64,000 nt of DNA from Salpingoeca rosetta (lineage: Eukaryota; Protista; Choanoflagellata). The stretch spans positions 619,474 to 683,473 of the forward strand of contig JAWQFM010000011.1 in the NCBI GenBank assembly GCA_033442325.1, in the 5' to 3' direction. This document shows, in pieces, positions 44,197-54,200 of the stretch. A model generated the notes under the pieces. The model was given only the letters and a program-made list of their open reading frames with translations. It did no database searches and was not told the origin of the DNA. Each line of letters opens with the position of its first letter. The stretch's first letter is position 1. The position numbers were made by a program, and so were the translations under genes.

Positions 44197-47100
44197 GTTG
44201 AAGGTGGTGTATCACTGTTTGTGATGCATGCGTACGGTATGCTCCCATTGAGCCCCCTCCTCCAATCTTGTCACTGCCGCCCTCACATCATGCCATGTCG
44301 CGCGGCGTCGTGTCTCCAGGATGGCGAATGCGCACGACTTCATCATGGCGCTGCCAGACGGATACAACACCATGGTCGGCGACTCCGGCACACAGCTCTC
44401 CGGCGGACAGGTCAGGACCCATCATCGTGGTAGCGGCAGTGGTGGTGGTGGGTCCGGACATTGTGGTGGGTACGCGCCGTTTGTTTCCTTCTCCGCCTCC
44501 CCTCACGCTGCTGTACACACGCACACACGCGTGCATTATTGATTTGCTGGTGCGCCTGATAGCGGCAACGCATTGCCATTGCTCGCGCTCTCATCAAAGC
44601 CCCAAACATCCTCCTCCTCGACGAAGCAACCAGGTGTGTGTGTGTGTGCGTGTGTGTGTGCGTGTGTGTGGTGTGTGTGGCGTGCGCGCGTGTGTGTGTT
44701 TATGAGTGTGTGTGTTGCTGTTGCTGTTGTTGTTGTTGTACGGGTATTTATTGGGCCCACACGCGCTTGTGCTTTCCCCTTCCACAACCACTCACCTTGT
44801 TCATTCGCGCCCGCACCCTCTCTTTCCTCTCCCACCTCCCCCACTCCAGCGCGCTGGACAACGAGAGCGAGGCGATTGTGAAGGAGGCGCTTGACCGGGC
44901 ATCGACCGGCCGCACCACCATCATGATTGCGCACCGCCTGTCCACGGTGTTCTCTGCAGACAAGATTGTAGTGATTGACCACGGGCGTGTGGTGGAGGCT
45001 GGCTCGCCGCAGGAGCTGCTTGACCAGCAGGGCGCCTTCTACCGCATGGTGCAGGCACAGCACGGCCACAGCGGCGACGACAACGGCAGCAGCGCCAACA
45101 AGAACGCAAACCTGCGTGGTCGCATGTCCCTCGACGCGGGCAAGGCGGCCAGCAAGCTGCTGACAGAAGAGCTCGACATGAGCGACAGCAGCAAACCAGC
45201 GGCGCTGGCAAATGCGTCATCGTCGCTCTCCTCAGCACAGAACACCAAGGCGGTGGAGGTGAAGCTGACGGCGGACATGGACGAGTCCGGTGACAACGAC
45301 AGCGAGGAGGCGCCAAAGGTTGACCGCAGCATGGTGGGCTGGGCCTTTGAGCTGAACCGGAAGGAGCTGCCACAACTGCTGTCCGGGAGCACGTGCGCAG
45401 CGCTGGAGGGCCTGTTGTCCGCAGCCAACGCCGTGCTGCTGGCAGAGCTGGTTGGCGTGCTCAACGACGACAACAGTCAGAAGCGCGTGAATGCGTTTGC
45501 GGGCGCCTTTGTTGGCATGGCTGTGCTGATGTTCTTCGTGCAAGTGGGCAAGTTCCACTTTCTGGCGATTGCCGGTGAGCGGCTGACGATGCGGTTGCGC
45601 GACATGGTGTTCCGAGTGATGGTGAGCAAGTCTGCCGGGTGGTACGATGACCCGCGCCACTCCCGCGGCATTCTCACCACGCGCCTGTCGTCCGACGCCT
45701 CTGCTGTTCGCGGCGCTCTCGGCGACCAGCTCGGCGTTGCCGTCCGCATTGCATTCACAGGTGCGCACTCGCGTGTGTTTGCGTGTGTCTGTATGTGTGT
45801 TTTTGTGCGCGCATTGTGTGTGCGCGCGCGTGTTTGTATGTGTGTGTGTGTGTGTCTGTGTGTGTTGAATGTGTGTGTGTGTGTGTGTTTGCGTGTGTTT
45901 GCGTGTGTTTGCGTGTGTCTCTGTGTGTCTGTGTGTGTGTGTCTGTGTGTGCATGTTTGTGCGCGTGCTCCCCATTGCCGACTCATCATGTTTTATCACT
46001 CCTTCGTCTCTTCACCAGTGATTGGGTGCATGACGGCTGCCTGTATCTACTGCTGGCGCGTCGCACTCGTCGTCCTTGCCACATTTCCCATCATCATTCT
46101 CAGCGGTTGGTACATATGCTTGCTGTACGGTGCTGTGGCAGCACATGACACACTTAGCGACAACCACTCACGTGTTCAAACATGCACGACAATGACAGCA
46201 TCCATTGAATATAAGTTGATCAGCGGCTTCTCAACGGGCAAGGCCTTTGAGCGCTCTGGGAAGTTTGCCAGTCTCGCTGTCGAGGAAGTTCGCACCGTCG
46301 CCTCCCTTGGTGGGTAGATGTCACAAAGATCGCGCTGGTGTGTCTTGCTGTCTGTTTTTGCGCAGTGCGTGCATTCTCCAAACATACCGGTTCACTGGTT
46401 GCGCGCTTCTCACCCATGTTTCACCCAACTGCCATCCAGGTCGACTGGACACATTTGTTCAAGACTATGCTCACACGCTTGAGGCTCCTGCCGCCATCAT
46501 GCGAAGGAAGGCACACATTCAGGGCCTTGTTTTTGGCTTCTTTGAATTTAGGTATGCCGCAGCGGTGCTTGCATGTGTGTCTGTGTGCGTGTGCGCGCGC
46601 TTGTGAGTGTGTTTGTCTACATGTGTGGATTTGTGTGTGTGTGTGTGTGTGCGTGCGTGCGTGAATGCATGGTTTTGTGTTTGTGCGTGTGTATGGGTGT
46701 GTATGAATGTGTGCATGCGCGTGCGCGTGTCCACTTGCTGGTGCTTGTTTGCTATTTCCCTTTGAATAGTCTACCACTAGCCATTGCATCCAGCTTATCG
46801 GTCATTGCAATGTGCTTGCCTTGTTCAGTGTATTTTCCGTGTGGGCGCTCGGCTTCTGGTACGGTAGTCGGATTGTTGACAATGGCCACTGCACCTTCAA
46901 TCACATGTTTGCAGCACAAGGTACAGCCAACATGAGACTGGAGGTGTCCCTGCTTTCTTTTCGCCACATGCTTCTTTTCAGCTTCATGAGACGTTGCACG
47001 CTGACCGGGCTCTTGTCACGCCACTCGAATCCCAGTGTCCATTATCTTCATGGGAGTATTGACCGGACAAGCAAGCGCTCTCGCACCGAGTGCTGCCAAG

Positions 47101-47726
47101 GTGCACAACACATGTTCGCGTGTTTGCTCACATCAGCCTCGCATTGCCATCGTGCGCAGTCGTGTTTTCGACGTTCCAGCAATCATGCATCCACACTTTG
47201 TGCACTATCATCCACGCACTCACGCAGACACACGCACACGAACACGTTCACATGCTCTTCCCACTGTCGGGCGCTTGCTCACGTGGGCACGTGTCTGTGA
47301 CATCGCTTCCCTCCCAATATCCTTGCGAACACACGCACGCACTCAGGCAAAGCAAGCGGCTGGTCGCCTGTACACGATGATCGAGACACACAAGGAGGAA
47401 CAAGAGGCCGAGGCGGAGAAGAAGTACGTGCGGCCCGAGATTACGGGTCGCGTTGAGTTCAAGGACGTCGACTTTGTGTACCCGACGCGCCCCGATGCGC
47501 AGGTGCTGTCCAAGCTGAACCTGTCGGTGGAGGCCGGCAAGACGATTGCCCTGGTCGGCCAGAGCGGGTGTGGCAAGAGTACGATGATTTCGCTGATTGA
47601 GCGGTTCTACTCGCCCGTTGGCGGCAAGATCCTTGTGGACGGCGTGGACGCGGAGAAGATTGACCCGGGCCACCTCAGGAAACACATTGCCCTCGTCACC
47701 CAGCAGGTATTGTGTGACTGTGCGGT

Positions 47727-47789
<63 letters not shown>

Positions 47790-48521
47790 GTGTGTGTGTG
47801 CGTGTGTGTGTGTATCTATTTGCGTTGTGCGGGGACAGGTCGTGTCAGAAATTGAACTGCAGCAACCTGACAAGACACATTGACTCGTTGTGTTGTGACG
47901 TCTTGCAGCCTGAGCTGTTTGCGTCTTCCATCAAGGAGAACATTGCATACGGCATCCCCGAAGACGTGCCCATGGAGTGAGTCGCTGCAACTGCTGATGG
48001 TGAAGACGAATGTACATGCATGATGAGAGAAGAAGCACAACACTGGGTGGGGAGCGGCTGCTTGCATGACACGTTTTATTTGGGCGCAGAAACTGATGTG
48101 CGTGTGTTGCACGGCCTTCCTGTGTCATTCGTCAGGCGCATTGAGGATGCGGCGCGAAAGGCCAATGCCTATGATTTCATCCAGGAGTTTCAGGACAAGT
48201 TTGACACGCTCGTTGGCGAGAAGGGCGCGCAGCTCTCCGGTGGACAGGTTGGTTCTGTGGACTGTAGGGGCATTGCAGCAGTGTGCGATGCTCGGCCTTG
48301 GTCCTGCTTGTGGGCGGTGTTGGCTTGCATGTGATCACCAGATCCCAACCACCCCCCCCCCCACCTCATCTCACGCCACTGCCAACAACAACACAGCGCC
48401 AGCGCATTGCTGTTGCGCGTGCACTGGTGAGGGCAGACGACATCAAGATTTTGCTGCTGGACGAAGCTTCCGCTGCCCTGGACACCAAGAGCGAAATGCT
48501 CGTGCACGAGGCCTTGGACAG
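41441..48521 (+). CDS. ABCB1: ABCB/P-glycoprotein full transporter (TMD-NBD-TMD-NBD), copy B; final H-loop exon not found
   Basis: Micro-exon ATGAGTGACAAAG|GT; TMD1; NBD1; linker; TMD2 ([31 protein letters not shown]); NBD2 [28 protein letters not shown]. Confidence 0.93.
42115..44970. repeat. Inverted near-identical duplicate of window 1-~3255 (ABCB copy A), introns included
   Basis: Position 1 is the reverse complement of 44970; intronic ORFs in the track are identical or nearly so (e.g. 90..398 vs 44573..44881). Confidence 0.95.
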
Positions 48522-48691
48522 GTGTGTTTTGTTTAGTGTTTGTTGGGTGTGTGTTGAGGGTGTGTGTGTGTGTGTGTGTGTGTTTGGAGAAGTGGCAATC
48601 ACGATGTACCACGCATCGTACGTGCATGAAGGGACCCCATTGATATGTGGCTCATAATGTGATGATGCTTGAATCTCCCCCCGCCCGCCAC

Positions 48692-48722
<31 letters not shown>

Positions 48723-49411
48723 ACACACACACACATGTGCAGGACGATTGTGATATGAGCAGGCAGAATGTGAAAGGCTTGGTTGCTTCTGTTGTGTTGT
48801 GTACGTGTACTTGGTGGTGTGTTTGTGTGTGCACTTGTAAGGAACGATGGGTGCGTTGAGGGCGCAGCTGTCAATGCTGTAACTGTGGTCGCACTTGAAT
48901 TGAAGGACTTGGCGTTGATCTAGGCGCATTCGCATGCAACTCGTGCTGATTGGGTTTGCGTTGGCCACTTTGTGAAACTTGCAAGCAACAAAGGTGTGCT
49001 GTTCGTTTTGAGGCTGATGTTCGCTTCTGCTTCGTAAATTTGCTTGCTGATATGCAACAGAACACTCTGCTGGTACTTGGGGACTTGTCGAACGGAAACA
49101 CATTGTAATGTGGTGGCCAGTAACGGAAAATCAGAGAAAGGGTGTGCGCCTCAGCGGGTGACGCGACGATGGTGGTGTGATTGGTGTGATGGTTGTGTTG
49201 TTCGCAACAAATCAGCAGCGTTAGGCAGAAGAAGAACATCGGGACATGCAGAAGTCAAAGAGTGAGCGAACAGAACAAACAGAGGACGGTTGACATGCGT
49301 CACAAGTGGAGAAACAGAAACATCATGGACTGATGTGAAGAAGAAGAAGAAGGCGGGCGGAGAGGAACCAATCTTTCATGAGACTTGGCTGGAAGGGAAG
49401 CTGGCAACCCT

Positions 49412-50458
49412 TTAGCACGTCACGTCAATGTCGTGAACGACCGACGCTGCACCGGAGCACGCGATAAACTGGTAGGAGCCATCATGCCCTGGAGAACCGT
49501 TTTGTCCATCTGCACCAGACAGCCCAGTGGCCCCTTGAGAGCCAGGTTTGCCATCTCCACAACTGTGATCTTGGTTGCAGTGGCAGTGACAGCCGAGAAG
49601 GTCCAAGCAGCATGTGTGGATGAAGGCCAAGCCTCCTTTGCCTCCTTGTCCTCCAGCTCCGCCTGGGCCGCCTTTTCCGCCTTGTCCGCCATGACCACCA
49701 GAGACGCTGACAACGGTGCTGTTGGCGCTGATTGCCGTGATGCGAACTTGGCCTCCGTTGCCGCCTGCTCCGCCATTCGTTCCAGGTGTACCAGTACCGC
49801 CCTGCTTTCCGTCCTCTCCAGGAAAGCCGGGGTGGCAAGTATGATCACAGCCGTATCCTCGACCAGCATCAGCAGGATTGACTGGGGGCATTGCGCACGC
49901 GCCTTGCTTCCCGTTTGCGCCAGGAGCCCCAGGCTTCCCTTGATGTCCTGGCGTGCCACTGCCACCTGGTCCGCCCTGAGCGCTGATGGAGAGCGTACCT
50001 GACGTTTTCCGGGCGGAGATGACGATGTTGCCGGCATTGCCCCCTGGCTTATTGGTGCTACCGGCCTCTCCATTCACGTTGAACTGCACTGCGCCTTGCA
50101 CCTGGAGCACGTCATTGCACAGCAAAACAATGTTGCGGCCAGGTGATGTGTAGTTGCCACTGTTGATGATGCAGGTGTCAGCAACCACGATGAGGTCCTT
50201 GCCTGCTACGAGAGCTCCGGTCGTGACGGCCACCCTGGTTCCGTTGTAGATGACTGCGGTAGCGTTGGAGGACACCGTGGTAATGTTGGCGACGGGAAAG
50301 TGCCCGCAAGAGTCGTGCACTCGACGAGAAGTAACGACCGCACCGGTGGAGCGCCCGTGCTGCGCCACTGCCAGTGCTGCAAGCAGAAGCAGCCCCAGGT
50401 GAGCCTGCTGAAGAAGCCGAGAGAGTCCCAGGAGCATCTTGGGAGGCATCTTGAACAT
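49412..50458 (-). CDS. Intronless, probably secreted collagen-like/Gly-rich repeat protein (~348 aa)
   Basis: Hydrophobic N-terminus (LGLLLLAALAVAQ); interrupted Gly-X-Y runs (GTPGHQGKPGAPGANGKQG; PGFPGEDGKQGGTGTPGTNG; GKPGSQGATGLSGADGQNGSPGHDG); Cys-rich spacers. Confidence 0.75.
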   Translation of the reverse strand: MFKMPPKMLLGLSRLLQQAHLGLLLLAALAVAQHGRSTGAVVTSRRVHDSCGHFPVANITTVSSNATAVIYNGTRVAVTTGALVAGKDLIVVADTCIINSGNYTSPGRNIVLLCNDVLQVQGAVQFNVNGEAGSTNKPGGNAGNIVISARKTSGTLSISAQGGPGGSGTPGHQGKPGAPGANGKQGACAMPPVNPADAGRGYGCDHTCHPGFPGEDGKQGGTGTPGTNGGAGGNGGQVRITAISANSTVVSVSGGHGGQGGKGGPGGAGGQGGKGGLAFIHTCCLDLLGCHCHCNQDHSCGDGKPGSQGATGLSGADGQNGSPGHDGSYQFIACSGAASVVHDIDVTC

Positions 50459-51274
50459 CGTCGCACTTTCTTGGAAAGGGAGGAAGGTGCAAGTCGGTGA
50501 GTGCAAAGAAGAAGACCAGGTCTGTAGGCGAAGCTTGTACTTGTAATGCGCTGGCGTTGCTGATAGCGTGGAAAATGAGGCAGCTCGTTGACTTGAGCCA
50601 CCCGCCAATCTGGATCTGCTCATCAATGAGAGTCAAGCAAGAGAGTCAAGCAAGAGAGTCGATTTGTCACGGGTATCACCAAGTCTGTCCTTGCTTCCTT
50701 GTGCAACGGAAAGAACATCTGCGTTGCATGGTGCACACGCGTGTTCATGCGCATGTTTCTTCATGCCATCCTGCTCGGGAGAGGGTCGCCCAAAAGAGGT
50801 GAGGGGCACGTGACAAATGAACCACGGAGCTACGGAGGAATGACACCGCAGAAACAACAGTAAAGCAGTGGGCGCGCTAAATTGCTAGCTTGCTTGTCAA
50901 CGATTGTAGTGATGTGACATGACATGATCAACTAGATCAATCATGCTAGCACAACCAATATTGGAGCTGCTGCCACGACCAATCTTCAAATTATATCTTT
51001 GGTGCGAGCTAGGGCGGGGAGGAAAGGGAAGAACAGAAGAATGGAGGTCGAGTGACTGTGATACACTGTGCGAAGAGCATGCGGTGTTCAACCCGACTTT
51101 TGGTGAGTCACGAATTGGGCAAGGGAGGCTCAAGCCCAAAATCCATCGCTGGACTATGGACAGAAGCAAGAGGAAGCGCAACAAAGCACGACATCAGCAT
51201 TTTTCTCTGCGCGATATTGCTCATGCTTTTTTTTTTTTTTTTTGTTTTTGACAGGGACACGGAAAGGCGTGTTG

Positions 51275-54200
51275 CTATTGATCCGACTTGGCACTCGTGG
51301 ATGATGCTGAGCCAGGCCCGTCACCATGATGGGGCGTGCGTGGTGTTGTTTCGGCATCAAACACGAGAATGGCGCGCACCAGAACGCACGCGGGGTCGTC
51401 AATTGCAATCTCAGCCACGGGAATGTGGCCGGGCTCATCCCACTGCTTGAAGGTGCCAAACGGCTTGCCATCGTCGATGTCGCCTGAGGTGAAGTCGACG
51501 ACCGCGACGTGGGCGTCATGACCAGCGCGCAGCGGAAGCCCAGAGAGGTTGACGCCCAACACGGGGTAGGGGTTGGCGTACTGGATGTCGCAAACCAGCA
51601 CGACACGGTACTCCTTTCCTGAGCGGAGGTTCATGCACTTGAGGTCGTGGTGCTTGCTACTGCTGTATGTGCAAGGTCTTGTGTATGCAAGCGCGTAGTC
51701 AAGGTCTGGCGTGAAGTAGAAACCGGCGCCGTACCAGTCTGCAGGCACAAACCGTTGCTTGGTAATGAATGTGGCCAGAGCGGTGTCTGTGAGGCGGGCG
51801 AAATCGCCACCCAGAATATCAATCGCAGCTCCAAAGTTCTTGACGCCGTGAAACACGCGCTGCAGACGAATTTGAGGGTCTCTTGTCATCAACGACGTGT
51901 CAAGCAGGTCATAGTGGGATTGTCGAGTGACACGGGCGACCACATAGTCCTCTTCTCTGGTGAATTCTGGCCCGTGCCTGCCGTATTTGGGTGAAAACGT
52001 ATGGGTGATATCTGCCAGGTGGTTGCGGTAGCGGGCTTTACTGCCATCAATGGCGCCGTTGAAAGCGGCCAACTTCTGATCGCACCACGTGATGGCAGCA
52101 GCATGGACGTTATACCCAAACGGGATGAGGGGATCTGTCTCTGCAGCAGTGCGTCCGCCAGCCTGGCACAAGAGCTGTGTTGGTGTGTGTGTGTGTGTGT
52201 TAGAGGGGTGTGTTGCAGTAAATTATGTTTCAGGTAGGCATGGCTCTATAAACGACAGAAGTGCAAGTGGAGAACGTGTGTCATGCACACAAGGGAAGCA
52301 AGGCACAGTGACGCAACTCGATGCATACGCACACTCGCTTGGGCGCTCACCGTTTTGATGAGTTTGGTGTGGCTCGCTAGGTTGAGCGGAGCGATTTGCA
52401 CAGATGCACGCAAGGATAAGGTGGTTGCCACACGCTCCAAGGCATTCCGCAACTCTGGCTTGAACTTCCAGGCAGCGTCTGGTGGGCCTTGCAGCATCAG
52501 TTGCTGTTCTCGAAGCAACTGGTGCTGCCTCCGTTCCAATTCCAATCGTTGCTGTCGCTTCTTCTTGACCGCAGCATGTTGTTGCTTTGCATCCTCGTGC
52601 TGAACCCTCAAGGTCGCGTGAAGCTGCGCAAAGTTAATCCGGCTACCGCTGACAGCAAAGCAGAGACCGACCAGGGCCTCAAGAAGCTCTGGCATCGCCT
52701 GCCCGGTGACCGTGTGGTCCAGCGGCAAGTGGCGACCAGCGCGATAGCTGTCGGTCACATTGATGAAGGAAGCACCACCGTTCGCTGCGTATTCTCCGTG
52801 GTGCCAAGGGATGACGCCAAACCACACCTCCCACATCACACAGCCAAACGAGAAGACGTCCGTGTCAGCGCGCACCTTCGTTTCGAGAAGCTGCTCCGGG
52901 GATGCCCAATAAAGTGTTCCCCGAACAACAGAAACAGATGAACGATCGGCAGGCCTGATCGTGCTCAACCCAAAGTCTGTGACCTTGACCGTGCACGCTG
53001 CATCCAGCAATATGTTGGCCGACTTGAGGTCTCTGTGTACGATCTTGTGCGCGTGCAAAAACTCCATCGCGCCCGCTGTCTCGGTCAAGATGCGCATTTT
53101 GTCCACTTCCTGCAGTTGCTTCTTGTCGATGTGCAAGAAGTCGTACAAGGAGCCGTTGTCTGCCCAGCTCAGGACGACCGACATTGTCCTGCTCTTGTCA
53201 TCGTAACACAGGCCGAGAAACGTCACGATGTTCGGGTGCCGCATGGAAGCGAAGATAAGCAGCTCTCGTCGCACCCACTTCTCTTTGTCTTCGGCGGCAC
53301 CAAGATCGTCATCCAGCAATTCCTTGAGCCTCGGCTTGCGCGATAGATCCACCTCCTTCAGCGCCACTTTGTGCCCGGCGAGTCGAGCCTCAAAGAGCCG
53401 TCCGTAACCCCCAGAAACGGGCCTGTCTGCATTGTTTGTCGCCCGCTTCTTGTCCACAAAAAGGGAGGCGTCCATGTCCAAATTCAGCATAGTCTCTGAA
53501 CACATTGTTGTTGTTGCGACCCAAAAACATCCGTGAGACACGAATAAAGGCAAGCTGTGAGTAAATTGCGTTGGGAGGGGGGAACGCGTGTCTGCATGAG
53601 TGTGCATATGTGCATGTGTGCGTGTGCGTGTGCGTGTGCGTGTGCGTGTGCATGAATGCGCATGAATGTGCATGTGCGCACGTGCGTGTGCATGTGTGCA
53701 CGTGCGTGTGTGTGTACGTGGTGTCGTCGGGCGTTACCCCTCGTTGTTGGCGAACCAACTGAAAGACTGAGCATCGTGCAGCACTTACCGATGCGTTGTT
53801 CAAGCGCACGCTGGGCGTCTGAGACATGCCTGTCGGGGTCAGATTCCGATTGCTGTCCTGATGCGGCAAATGGCAAGCAACCGCGTGATCGATGTGCACA
53901 TTCACGTGAATGGACGCATCGTGGACTCTGCTGCCTCCCAGAACCAGCAGCAGCGAGCATGACACCGCCATGGGAAATACCTCTGAGCGCCTCTTCATCA
54001 GACCGGTCCCCGGCAACTGTTGCAGCTGGACACACGCCCTGGTCTGATGAAAGCAAAGGCACGGTGTGCAGTGTGGTTGATCCATGCAAGGATGAGTACT
54101 ACGAGGAGAACTGTGATGTAAAATTTGTTTTCACACTTAACGGTGGTTGCGGGCGCAAAACCGTGCAGCAGAGAGAGCCCTCGTGTCGTACTCAGGGCTT

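Noticed and set aside
50459-50626. Longer N-terminal extension of the collagen-like ORF
   Set aside because: The signal-like hydrophobic stretch fits a start at or after 50458; upstream part is likely UTR
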